Source of the DNA: Thermoleophilia bacterium
GTDB taxonomy: Bacteria > Actinomycetota > Thermoleophilia > Gaiellales > Gaiellaceae
Assembly: GCA_025928515.1 (NCBI GenBank)
Contig: JAICJI010000007.1
Location: 1,335-65,334, forward strand
Length of the DNA: 64,000 bases
Direction of reading: 5' to 3'
In this document: piece by piece, positions 35,850 to 45,894 of the stretch
Numbering within the stretch: the stretch's first letter is position 1
Layout of the letters: each line of letters starts with the position of its first letter
The notes under the pieces: model-generated
Databases searched by the model: none
The model's input: the letters and a program-made list of their open reading frames with translations, nothing else
What the model was told of the DNA's origin: nothing
Translations under genes and position numbers: made by a program

Positions 35850-36191
35850 GTGGCCATGGAAGACGACGGGCTCGACCTACCCGAGCCGGAACCCGGCGAG
35901 CGGCGGCTCAACATCCAGATGCCCGCCGAGCTGGTCGCGGGCACGTACGCGAACTTCGCCAACGTCAGTTTCTCGCCGTACGAGTTCACGCTGACGTTCG
36001 CGCGGATCGAGCACGAGGTCGAGGAGGGAGATGTTCCGGGCGCGGTCGTCGCGCGGGTGAATGCGTCGGTCCGGTTCATCCCCGAGCTGATCGAGGCGCT
36101 GCAGGACTCGTGGTCGAAGTACGTGACGCGCGAGGGCATCCGGAACCTGCCCGAGGCGCCCGACCACACGGACGACACCTCCGAGAGCTGA
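35850..36191 (+). CDS. DUF3467-like protein
   Basis: The core GTYANFANVSFSPYEFTLTFARI is typical of DUF3467 (from memory). The start is GTG 35850 or ATG 35856. Confidence 0.65.
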   Translation: MAMEDDGLDLPEPEPGERRLNIQMPAELVAGTYANFANVSFSPYEFTLTFARIEHEVEEGDVPGAVVARVNASVRFIPELIEALQDSWSKYVTREGIRNLPEAPDHTDDTSES

Positions 36192-36301
36192 CGCTTTCCC
36201 TCGTTCCGTCGTACGCGGTCCTCTGCGCGGCGCAGGCGGCGACGGCGGCGGCACCCGCGCGCCGAGCGCGTCCGCGCGGGCGGAGCTGGGTCTGGCTCGC
36301 G

Positions 36302-37018
36302 GTGCCGGCGGCGCTGCTTGCGGTTGGCGTCGTCGTCATCAACTTCGTCCCGGGTGGGCCTCGCGGGCTCGCCCTGCTCGCGACGTTCGGGACACCGGTG
36401 CTCGCCGCCGCGGGCGGGCTCTTCCGCGGGAGCGAGCGGTGGTGGCTCTGGCCGCCGGCCGCCGCCGGGCTCTGGCTCGCGGCGTGGCTGGCCGACGGGC
36501 TCGAGCGCGACGCGGCGGGGTTGTCGCTGGTCGCGCTCGCCTGCCTCGCGGCGGCCTCCGCCATAGCGATGGTCGCACCCGCGTGGTCGATCCGCGTCGG
36601 CTTGGTTGGCCTCGCGGCCCTCGACGTCATTCTCGTGTGGGGTACGACAGGTGTGCAGCAGGCGACGAACACGCTCGAAAACGTCCCGCTCCCCCACGCC
36701 GCCGGGATGCCTCTGCCGAGCCTGCAGCAGGCGACCTTCGGCTCGGCGCTCATGGGCTGGCTCGACCTGCTCGCCCCGGCGTTGCTCGGCGTCGTCGTCG
36801 CCGGGAAACGCAAGCTCGCCGCTGCGGTGATAACCGGGGTCGTCGCCGGCCTCTGGGGCCTGCTCCTCCTCGTCACCTCGGAGGTGGCAGCGACGGTGCC
36901 TGTTCTCGCCGGGTTAGCGTTGGCGTCCGCTCATGCGCGTCGCGGTCGTCTCCGACATCCACTCGAACCTGCACGCGCTGGACGCGGTGCTGGCGGCGAT
37001 CGACGCGGAGGCGCCTGA
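36302..37018 (+). CDS. polytopic membrane protein (hypothetical)
   Basis: This is the hydrophobic part of track ORF 35765..37018, with at least 6 helices. The start guessed at GTG 36302 is uncertain. The 3' end overlaps the next gene by 86 nt. Confidence 0.45.
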   Translation: MPAALLAVGVVVINFVPGGPRGLALLATFGTPVLAAAGGLFRGSERWWLWPPAAAGLWLAAWLADGLERDAAGLSLVALACLAAASAIAMVAPAWSIRVGLVGLAALDVILVWGTTGVQQATNTLENVPLPHAAGMPLPSLQQATFGSALMGWLDLLAPALLGVVVAGKRKLAAAVITGVVAGLWGLLLLVTSEVAATVPVLAGLALASAHARRGRLRHPLEPARAGRGAGGDRRGGA

Positions 37019-37661
37019 CGAGCTCTGGTGTCTCGGCGACGTCGTCGGCTACGGGCCGCGGCCGAACGAGTGCTGCGCAGCGATCGCGGAACGCGCCGAC
37101 GTCTGCCTCGCGGGCAACCACGACCTCGCGGTGCAGGGAGCGATCGACCTCGAAGAGTTCCACGGCGATGCCGGTCTCGCGGCGACGTGGACACGTGATG
37201 TGCTGAAGGCCGAAGGGCAGGCGCTCCTCGACGGGCTGAAGCCGCAGGGAGTCGCCCACGGCGTGGAGCTGTACCACGGCTCGGCGCGCGACCCGATCTG
37301 GGAGTACGTCCTCGGTGACGAGGCCGCCCTGGCGACGATCGAGCTCGCAGGCTCACCGCTCGTGCTCGTCGGGCACAGCCACGTCGCGCTGCAGGTCGTG
37401 CAGTCGGACGGCGATCTGACCGGTGGCGTCGCTGCGGCGGGAACGGAGCTCGACCTCGCCGGCACCCGGGCCCTCCTCAATCCGGGCTCGGTCGGCCAGC
37501 CGCGTGACGGCGACCCCCGGGCCGCGTTCCTCCTGCTCGACCTCGACGCGCGGCACGCGAGCTTCCGCCGCGTCGAGTACGACGTCGAGCGGACACAGCG
37601 CGAGATGCGGGAGGCAGGCCTACCCGAGCTCCTCGCCGCGCGGCTCGAGCTAGGGCTCTAG
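36933..37661 (+). CDS. metallophosphoesterase
   Basis: Contains MRVAVVSDIHSNLHALDAVL, CLGDVVGYGP, GNHD and VGHSH motifs. Confidence 0.8.
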   Translation: MRVAVVSDIHSNLHALDAVLAAIDAEAPDELWCLGDVVGYGPRPNECCAAIAERADVCLAGNHDLAVQGAIDLEEFHGDAGLAATWTRDVLKAEGQALLDGLKPQGVAHGVELYHGSARDPIWEYVLGDEAALATIELAGSPLVLVGHSHVALQVVQSDGDLTGGVAAAGTELDLAGTRALLNPGSVGQPRDGDPRAAFLLLDLDARHASFRRVEYDVERTQREMREAGLPELLAARLELGL

Positions 37662-37665
37662 TCGC

Positions 37666-38307
37666 TCAGGCAGCCGGCAGAGCAGGCGGGGCGAGCACGG
37701 GAACGGTCGCGACGGCGGCGACGGGAGCCACGGCTGCCGGCACCTCGCGCTCCTCGAAGACCTCGATGCCCTCACGCGCGAGCGCCAGCTGGACGTCCTC
37801 GCGTGCCTTCCAGATCCGCCACTTGACCGTCGCAAGCGTGACCTCGAGCGACTCGGCGATCTCGCCGTAGGAGAGACCGACGACGTCACGCAGCAGGAGC
37901 GCCATCTTCAGGTCGACGCTGAGCCGCTCGACCGCACGCCAGACGGCGTCGATCGCCTCGAGCCGCTCGAACGGCGCGTCCACGACCTCGAGCGGCGGGA
38001 TGTCGTCGAGATCCACGACCGCCCGCGGCCTACGCTCCGTGGCCCGGAGCTCGTCGAGGACGCGGTTCTTCGTCACCTGGAAGAGCCACGTCGTGAACTT
38101 CGAGCGCAGCGAGAACCGCGGCAGTCCCTGGAACACGCGGAGGAAGACCTCCTGCGTCAGGTCCTCGGCGAGCGAGCGATCGCCCACCATGCGCAGCACG
38201 TAGTTGTAGACAGGGATCTGGTAAGCGCGGACGATGATCGAGAAGGCTCGTTCATCGCCCCGCTGCGCCTTCCGCAGTACGCCGTGATCAGGCTGGGGCA
38301 GCGACAA
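37666..38307 (-). CDS. ECF-type RNA polymerase sigma factor
   Basis: Region 2 is YNYVLRMVGDRSLAEDLTQEVFLRVF and region 4 is LSYGEIAESLEVTLATVKWRIWKARE. It ends in an Ala/Pro/Val-rich tail of about 25 aa. Confidence 0.88.
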   Translation of the reverse strand: MSLPQPDHGVLRKAQRGDERAFSIIVRAYQIPVYNYVLRMVGDRSLAEDLTQEVFLRVFQGLPRFSLRSKFTTWLFQVTKNRVLDELRATERRPRAVVDLDDIPPLEVVDAPFERLEAIDAVWRAVERLSVDLKMALLLRDVVGLSYGEIAESLEVTLATVKWRIWKAREDVQLALAREGIEVFEEREVPAAVAPVAAVATVPVLAPPALPAA

Positions 38308-38331
38308 GGTGCCGCAGTATAGACCGAAAAT

Positions 38332-39789
38332 TCACGGGATTTGTACGAGATTTCTGCCGGTCATCTCGGACGGCGCCTCGAGCCCGAGCAGAGCGAGGAT
38401 CGTCGGCGCCACGTCGGCGAGCTCACCGTCCCGCAACCGCGCTCCCTGAGCGGTCAGGAGCACCGGAACGGGGTTCGTCGTATGGGCGGTGTGAGGGCTG
38501 ACACCGTCCTCCTGGAGCAGAGTCTCGGCGTTCCCGTGATCGGCGATCACGAGCGCAACGCCTCCCGCACCATCGACGGCATCCACGACACGGCCGAGGC
38601 ACTCGTCGGTTGTCTCCACCGCCCGCACGACCGCCGGAATCTCTCCGGTGTGGCCGACCATGTCCGGGTTCGCGAAGTTGACGACGACGAACCCGGGGCC
38701 GGCCTCTTCGATCCCCCGCATCACGCGTTCGGCGAGCTCGGATGCCGACATCTCCGGCTTGTGGTCGTAGCTCGGCACGTCGCGCGGCGAGTCGACGAGG
38801 ATCCGCTCCTCGCCGGCGAACGGCTCCTCGCGACCGCCGTCGAGGAAGTACGTGACATGGGCGTACTTCTCGGTCTCGGCGGCGTGGAGCTGGCGGACAC
38901 CGTGAGCCGAGAGCACCTCGGCGAGCACGTTCTCGACCAGGTGCTCGGGAAAGGCAACGGGGAACTCGAGATCGTCGCGGTAGCGCGTCATCGTGGTCAG
39001 GTCGACGCCGAGCTCGCCGAGCTTCTCCGAGAGCTGCCGGCCGCGGTCGGGCCGGAAGTTGAAGAAGATCGCCGTGTCGCGCCCGGGATCGAGGCGCGGG
39101 CGGCCGTCGATCACGACGGGCTCGATGAACTCGTCGGTGATCCCGCAGTCGTAGCTCGCCTGCACGGCGGCGACCGGATCGTCCGCGTGCTTTCCTTCGC
39201 CGTCGACGATCGCGCGAAGCGCGCGCTCGGTGCGGTCCCAGCGCTTGTCCCGATCCATCGCGTAGTAGCGGCCGACAACCGTGGCGATGCGATCGACGGG
39301 GAGCTCGGCGAGATCGTGCACCGCGGAATGCGGCGAGACATCGCGTCCGTCGGTGAAGGCGTGGATCCACGTCTTCTCGGGCGCGAACTGGAGCAGCGCC
39401 CGCACGTGATCGACGTGCGAGTGCACGCCCCCGTGCGACACGAGACCGAGGAGATGCACGTTCTCCCCTCGCTCGAACGCGCCGAGTAGGGCCTCGTTCT
39501 CGAACAGCTCTCCCGTCTCGATCGCCCTGTTCACGCGGACGAGGTCCTGAAAGAGGATGCGGCCGGAGCCGATGGTCAGGTGGCCGACCTCGGAGTTGCC
39601 CATCTGGCCGTCCGGCAGCCCCACAGCCTCGCCCGAGGCGGCGAGCTGCGCGTGCGGAAAGCCGTGCCAAAGGCGGTCGAACACGGGCGTCTCGGCAAGC
39701 TCGACGGCGTTCCCCGGCCCGGCGGGGGCGATCCCCCACCCGTCGAGGATGACGAGCGCTACGAGGGGATACGCGCGGCCGTCTCGCAT
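38332..39789 (-). CDS. gpmI: 2,3-bisphosphoglycerate-independent phosphoglycerate mutase
   Basis: Contains LVILDGWGIAP, MGNSEVGHLTIGSGR, HLLGLVSHGGVHSH and ADHGNAE. The start is ATG 39789 (MRDGRAYPL), which overlaps tpiA by 31 nt. Confidence 0.92.
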   Translation of the reverse strand: MRDGRAYPLVALVILDGWGIAPAGPGNAVELAETPVFDRLWHGFPHAQLAASGEAVGLPDGQMGNSEVGHLTIGSGRILFQDLVRVNRAIETGELFENEALLGAFERGENVHLLGLVSHGGVHSHVDHVRALLQFAPEKTWIHAFTDGRDVSPHSAVHDLAELPVDRIATVVGRYYAMDRDKRWDRTERALRAIVDGEGKHADDPVAAVQASYDCGITDEFIEPVVIDGRPRLDPGRDTAIFFNFRPDRGRQLSEKLGELGVDLTTMTRYRDDLEFPVAFPEHLVENVLAEVLSAHGVRQLHAAETEKYAHVTYFLDGGREEPFAGEERILVDSPRDVPSYDHKPEMSASELAERVMRGIEEAGPGFVVVNFANPDMVGHTGEIPAVVRAVETTDECLGRVVDAVDGAGGVALVIADHGNAETLLQEDGVSPHTAHTTNPVPVLLTAQGARLRDGELADVAPTILALLGLEAPSEMTGRNLVQIP

Positions 39790-40421
39790 ATCGCCTGGAA
39801 GGAGTCGACGTCGAGAGACGCGCCGCCGACGAGGGCGCCGTCGACGTCGGGCTGCGCGAGCAGTGCGGCGGCGTTGTCCGGCTTGACCGAGCCGCCGTAG
39901 AGCACCGGCGCGTCGAGGAGCGACTTGATGAAGGCGTGTGCCTCCTGCGCCAGCTCGGGCGTCGCGGTGAGCCCCGTGCCGATCGCCCAAACCGGCTCGT
40001 ACGCGAGAACGAGGTCCGGATGCGGCTCGAGGACCGCGAGCTGGCGGCGGAGAACGTCCTCCGTCTCGTCGCGCTCGCGCTGTTCGTGCGTCTCGCCGAC
40101 ACATGCGATCACACGCAGGCCCGCGTCGAGCGCAGCTCGGGTCCGCCGCGCGACAGTCTCGTCGGTCTCGCAGAAGTACTGCCGCCGCTCGGAGTGACCG
40201 ACGAGGACGCCGACGACGCCGACCTCCAGCAGCAGTGGCGCCGAGACCTCACCCGTGTACGCGCCCTCGGGCTCCCAGTGGACGTTCTGCGCAAAAGTGG
40301 TCAGGCCCGCGTCGACGCAGTCGTGGAGGCGGGTGAAGGGAGGGCAGATCACGGCGTCGAGGCCGGCGAGCGCGGCGGGATCCGGCCCGCGGAACATCTT
40401 CCAGTTGCCGGCGATCAGCAC
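39759..40421 (-). CDS. tpiA: triosephosphate isomerase (compact, 220 aa)
   Basis: Contains LIAGNWKM, VGHSERR, AYEPVWAIGTG and YGGSV. Confidence 0.9.
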   Translation of the reverse strand: MLIAGNWKMFRGPDPAALAGLDAVICPPFTRLHDCVDAGLTTFAQNVHWEPEGAYTGEVSAPLLLEVGVVGVLVGHSERRQYFCETDETVARRTRAALDAGLRVIACVGETHEQRERDETEDVLRRQLAVLEPHPDLVLAYEPVWAIGTGLTATPELAQEAHAFIKSLLDAPVLYGGSVKPDNAAALLAQPDVDGALVGGASLDVDSFQAICETAARIPS

Positions 40422-40430
40422 GAGGCGATC

Positions 40431-41483
40431 TTATGCGGCCGGAATCGCCGCCACGCCGGGCAGCTCCTTGCCCTCGAGTAGCTCGAGGCTCGCGCCGCCG
40501 CCGGTAGAGACCCATGAGACACGGTCGGCGAGGCCGAGCTCGTTCAGCGCACGCACCGAATCGGCGCCCCCGACGACCGAGAAGGCTGCGCCGTTCGCGG
40601 CGACCGCTTCCGCAACGGCCTTCGTCCCGTCCGCGAACCGCGGCCACTCGAAGACGCCCATCGGGCCGTTCCAGAAGATCGTGCGTGCCTCGGCGAGCCG
40701 CTCCGCGAAGCGCTCGCGCGTCTTGGGCCCGATGTCGAGGCCGAGCCAACCGCTCGGGAGCTCGTCGTAGCCGCACACCCGACTCTCCGCGTCGGCCGCG
40801 AACTCGGCGGCGCCCACGACGTCCACCGGCAGCTCGACCTCGAAGTCGAGAGGATTCTCGTCGCGCAGCTCCTCGGCCATCTTGCCGCCGATCAGCACGG
40901 TGTCCGCCCGGCCCCCGAGGTTGCTCAGGACCCCGAGCTTGTCCTCCACCTTCGCTCCGCCCGAGATGAGCGCGAACGGCCGCTCGACCTCGCCGAGCAG
41001 ACGGCCGAGATGCGCGAGCTCGTCGAGCAGCAGGAGGCCGGCGTACGCCGGCAGCAGATGCGCCACGGCCTCGGTCGAGGCGTGCGCGCGATGCGCCGAG
41101 CCGAAGGCGTCGTCGACGTAGAGATCGCAGCCGTCGGCGAGCTCACGCGCGAAGCGCTCGTCGTTCGTCGTCTCCCCCGCATCGAACCGAGTGTTCTCGA
41201 GCACGTCGACGCGCTCGTCCGGCAGGAGCTCACGAAGCCGCGCGGCGACCGGTGCCATTGCGTACTTCGCGCGGTCCTCATCCGTCTTAGGCCGGCCGAG
41301 GTGTGAGCAGACGCGCAGCGCGTCGGCGTCGCGCTCGAGCAAGAGCCGGAGCGTCGGCAGCGAGGCGCGGATGCGCGTGTCGTCGGCGACCCGGCCGTCA
41401 TCGAGCGGCACGTTGAGGTCTGCGCGGACCAGGACGGTTTTCCCCGCGACGTCGGCGTCGCGGACAGAGCGCGGCATGCGCAT
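40431..41483 (-). CDS. pgk: phosphoglycerate kinase (compact, 350 aa)
   Basis: Contains VLVRADLNVPL, SHLGRPK, LENTRF, DDAFGSAHRAHAS, GGAKVEDK and FWNGPMGVFE. Confidence 0.93.
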   Translation of the reverse strand: MRMPRSVRDADVAGKTVLVRADLNVPLDDGRVADDTRIRASLPTLRLLLERDADALRVCSHLGRPKTDEDRAKYAMAPVAARLRELLPDERVDVLENTRFDAGETTNDERFARELADGCDLYVDDAFGSAHRAHASTEAVAHLLPAYAGLLLLDELAHLGRLLGEVERPFALISGGAKVEDKLGVLSNLGGRADTVLIGGKMAEELRDENPLDFEVELPVDVVGAAEFAADAESRVCGYDELPSGWLGLDIGPKTRERFAERLAEARTIFWNGPMGVFEWPRFADGTKAVAEAVAANGAAFSVVGGADSVRALNELGLADRVSWVSTGGGASLELLEGKELPGVAAIPAA

Positions 41484-41492
41484 CGTCGCTCC

Positions 41493-42620
<1,128 letters not shown>

Positions 42621-42748
42621 TCACCCGCTCGAGACCTGACGGCAGACGGGGTCTGAATCCGCCGCCGGACGAGCAGGAACCCGCCGAGGCGAGTATGACT
42701 CTTGCGTTGTTGCCGCGCTAGGCGACTTGCAACGGATAACGACGTACT

Positions 42749-43660
42749 TCAGAGACGCGAAAGTTCCTGCAAACGCCGGAGTCGCCGGTAGGCGGCAGCC
42801 TTCGACAATCCGGGCTTGCAGCGCCGCGCGAGCTCCGCGGTGGAGGCCGTCGGATGACGCAGCCGGAGGAGGGCGATCTCGCGCAAGTCGTCGGGGAGCG
42901 CGTCGACGTCGAGGCGGTGGAGCGCCTCCAGCTGCGCATGCGCCGCACGGCCGGTGCGGACGAGATTCGCGTGGTCTGCGTTCGCGAGCCGGTTGGCGTC
43001 GGCGCGCGTCGCGGCGAGCACGGCTTGCTCCTCGAGGCCGAGGACGAGGTCGATCGCGCCCGCGGCGACGAGGACATCCGCGATGGACTCGGTTCCCTTC
43101 GCGTAGGCGGTCGCGTGGGAGCTGCGCTCCTGCACGTGGAGCTCGCCGCCGAGCCGCTCGGCGAGCCCGGCGAGGAAGCGCGCGCCGTCGATTTCCGCCG
43201 TCCGGATCTCGAGGTGTGGGCCTCTCGGGCCGCTCAGCGACCCAGAGCCGAGGAGCGCGCCGCGGAGGTAGGCGGCGGCGCAGCAGCGACGGGCTACGAC
43301 GCGGCCTGGCGGGCTGCGAAGCGGCCGGTGAGAGCGGTCGAGCACGCCGGCCCGGTTCAGCGCCGCGTAGGCGTCCTCCGAGCCCTCCACGAGGAGCTGA
43401 TAGCGGGTCGCCTGGTCGAACGCACGGCGCGGGTACGTGCGGATCTCGGACCTCACGCCGCAGGCCCGCAGCAGCGCGAAGGCGCGGCGGGCGACCGTGG
43501 AGCTGGAGACGTCGAGGTGGACATCGACGCTTCCGCGGCCGCGGAGATGCGCGCGACCGGCGACATGGAAGAGCCCGGAGAGCTCGGCGAGCCGGTCGCA
43601 GTCGCTCGTCGGCGAGATCCCCGCCAATTCCTCCCGCAGGTCGTCAGACAGCGTCGGCAT
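42749..43660 (-). CDS. whiA: DNA-binding sporulation/cell-division regulator WhiA
   Basis: Starts LSDDLREELAGI..., has a LAGLIDADG-like middle domain, and ends in an HTH (LRLRHPTASTAELARR). The start is ATG 43660. It sits in the conserved position upstream of gap. Confidence 0.9.
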   Translation of the reverse strand: MPTLSDDLREELAGISPTSDCDRLAELSGLFHVAGRAHLRGRGSVDVHLDVSSSTVARRAFALLRACGVRSEIRTYPRRAFDQATRYQLLVEGSEDAYAALNRAGVLDRSHRPLRSPPGRVVARRCCAAAYLRGALLGSGSLSGPRGPHLEIRTAEIDGARFLAGLAERLGGELHVQERSSHATAYAKGTESIADVLVAAGAIDLVLGLEEQAVLAATRADANRLANADHANLVRTGRAAHAQLEALHRLDVDALPDDLREIALLRLRHPTASTAELARRCKPGLSKAAAYRRLRRLQELSRL

Positions 43661-44219
43661 GTTCGTAACCCTCGAGCGCGAGGAGACGACGTTTGTAGCC
43701 GGTGCCGTAGGAGCCGTACGGCCCGAGACCACCGGCCGAGACGACGCGGTGGCACGGCACGAAGATGGAGAGGCGGCTGCGCGCGCAGAAGCTCCCGGCG
43801 GCGCGAGCCGCGCCGGGTCGGCCGGCGAGAGCAGCGAGCTCGCCGTACGTGACCACCTCGCCGCGCGGGATCGTGCGCAGCGCGCTCGCACAGCTCGTGA
43901 GAAACGGCGTCTCGTAATCGAGATCGACCGGCACGTCCTCGAGCGGCACCCGCTCGCCGGCGAAGTACGCCTGCAGCAGTTGCACGACTTCTGTGACGAA
44001 CGCACGACCCTTACCTGACGCTTTCCGTGATACGCCTGGCCCTAGCCCCCGGTGGGTGGGGGTTTGGGATGGACCATTGGCACCGCCGATCCCCTCCGGC
44101 CCAACCCGCTGTACGCGTGGCCAGGGCAGGTCGTGCCACACGACCCGATCGTCGGCAACCACGAGCTCACCGACTCCCCAGCCCTCGACCTCGTAGGCGA
44201 CCTGCGTCACCGACACCAT
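43644..44219 (-). CDS. ogt: methylated-DNA--protein-cysteine methyltransferase
   Basis: The C-terminal domain has the active site IFVPCHRVV and VVTYGELAALAGRPGAARAAG. The start is uncertain (ATG 44219 or GTG 44249). The 3' end overlaps the whiA start by 17 nt. Confidence 0.8.
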   Translation of the reverse strand: MVSVTQVAYEVEGWGVGELVVADDRVVWHDLPWPRVQRVGPEGIGGANGPSQTPTHRGLGPGVSRKASGKGRAFVTEVVQLLQAYFAGERVPLEDVPVDLDYETPFLTSCASALRTIPRGEVVTYGELAALAGRPGAARAAGSFCARSRLSIFVPCHRVVSAGGLGPYGSYGTGYKRRLLALEGYEHADAV

Positions 44220-44241
44220 CCCGAATCCTAGAATCGCCGCA

Positions 44242-45894
44242 GTGAGCACTCACGCCATCTTCCGCGTTCCGGAGCCCTACAACGAACCGGTGCTCGGCTA
44301 CGAGCCGGACAGCCCGGAACGCAAGGAGCTCCGGCGGCGCCTCGACGAGCTCTCCGGCCAGAGGCTCGAGATCCCGCTCGTCATCGGCGGCGAGGACGTC
44401 CAGACCGGTGACACGTTCGAAGCCGTCATGCCACACAGGCGGAGCCACGTCCTCGCCGACGTGCACAAGGGAGGCGCCGCCGAGGTGGACCGCGCAATCG
44501 CAGCCGCCGCCGATGCGTGGGAGGACTGGTCGCGGACGCCGTGGGAGGACCGCGCCTCAGTCTTCCTCCGCGCGGCAGAGCTCCTCGCCGGCCCCTGGCG
44601 GCAGACCCTGAACGCCGCCACCATGCTCGGCCAGTCGAAGACGGCACATCAGGCCGAGATCGACGCCGCGTGCGAGCTGATCGACTTCTGGCGCTTCAAC
44701 GTCCAGTACATGACGCGCATCTACGAGGAGCAGCCGATCTCCTCGCCCGGCGTCTGGAACCGGCTCGAGTACCGCCCGCTCGAGGGCTTCGTCTTCGCCG
44801 TCACGCCGTTCAACTTCACGTCGATCGCCGGCAACCTCCCCACCTCCGCGGCGCTGATGGGCAACACCGTCGTCTGGAAGCCCGCCTCGACCGCGGCCGT
44901 CAGCGCGCATTTCCTCATGGAGCTCTTCGAGGAAGCGGGCCTGCCTCCCGGTGTGATCAACCTCGTCTACGGCTCCGGCGCGGCCGTCGGCGATCCGGCG
45001 CTCGCGAGCGAGCACCTCGCGGGCATCCACTTCACCGGCTCGACTCCCGTGTTCCAGGGGATGTGGAAGACGGTCGGGGACAAGATCGCGCGCTATCGCA
45101 ACTATCCGCGGGTCGTCGGTGAGACCGGCGGTAAGGACTTCATCGTCGCCCACCCGAGCGCCGACGCCGAAGCCCTCGCGACCGCGATTCTCCGCGGCTC
45201 GTTCGAGTACCAGGGCCAGAAGTGCTCGGCAGCCTCCCGCGTCTTCGCGCCCGCGAGCCTGTGGCCGCAGGTGCGCGAACGCGTCACCGACGAGATCGGC
45301 GAGATGAAGATGGGCGACGTCGCCGACTTCTCGAACTTCGTCGGGGCGGTGATCGACGCGAGCTCTTTCGCCACCCAGAAGGAGGCGATCGAGGAGGCGA
45401 ATGCTTCCGGTGGCAAGGCCCAGGTGATCGCCGGGGGCAACTACGACGACAGCGACGGCTGGTTCGTCCAGCCGACCGTGATCGAGACATCCGACCCCGA
45501 CTTCCGCACGATGAAGGAAGAGCTCTTCGGCCCCGTCGTCACCGCGTTCGTCTATGACGACTCACGGTACGAGGACACGCTCGACCTCGTCGACAACGGG
45601 ACGAGCTACGGGCTCACCGGCGCCGTCTTCGCGCGCGACCTCGACGCGATCGAACTGACGCGAGATCGGCTCCGTTACGCAGCGGGAAACTTCTACGTGA
45701 ACGACAAGCCGACGGGTGCGGTGGTCGGCCAGCAGCCGTTCGGCGGCGCGCGCGCCTCGGGCACGAACGACAAGGCGGGCTCGATGTGGAACCTGATCCG
45801 GTGGGTCAGCCCCCGCGCAATCAAGGAGACGTTTGTGCCGCCTCGCGACTACCGCTACCCGTTCCTCGGTCCCGAGGCGGACGCCGACCGGTAG
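44242..45894 (+). CDS. pruA: L-glutamate gamma-semialdehyde (1-pyrroline-5-carboxylate) dehydrogenase
   Basis: 550 aa. The N-terminus FRVPEPYNEPVLGY is typical of PruA. ALDH motifs are ETGGKDF and GQKCSAASR. Confidence 0.9.
   Translation: MSTHAIFRVPEPYNEPVLGYEPDSPERKELRRRLDELSGQRLEIPLVIGGEDVQTGDTFEAVMPHRRSHVLADVHKGGAAEVDRAIAAAADAWEDWSRTPWEDRASVFLRAAELLAGPWRQTLNAATMLGQSKTAHQAEIDAACELIDFWRFNVQYMTRIYEEQPISSPGVWNRLEYRPLEGFVFAVTPFNFTSIAGNLPTSAALMGNTVVWKPASTAAVSAHFLMELFEEAGLPPGVINLVYGSGAAVGDPALASEHLAGIHFTGSTPVFQGMWKTVGDKIARYRNYPRVVGETGGKDFIVAHPSADAEALATAILRGSFEYQGQKCSAASRVFAPASLWPQVRERVTDEIGEMKMGDVADFSNFVGAVIDASSFATQKEAIEEANASGGKAQVIAGGNYDDSDGWFVQPTVIETSDPDFRTMKEELFGPVVTAFVYDDSRYEDTLDLVDNGTSYGLTGAVFARDLDAIELTRDRLRYAAGNFYVNDKPTGAVVGQQPFGGARASGTNDKAGSMWNLIRWVSPRAIKETFVPPRDYRYPFLGPEADADR

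Noticed and set aside
36690-36800. A presenilin/signal-peptide-peptidase-like signature (LDV..., MGWLD, PAL) in the membrane ORF.
   Set aside because: The GxGD-like and PAL-like strings are only 5 residues apart, whereas genuine family members place them in different TM helices. The resemblance is probably coincidental.
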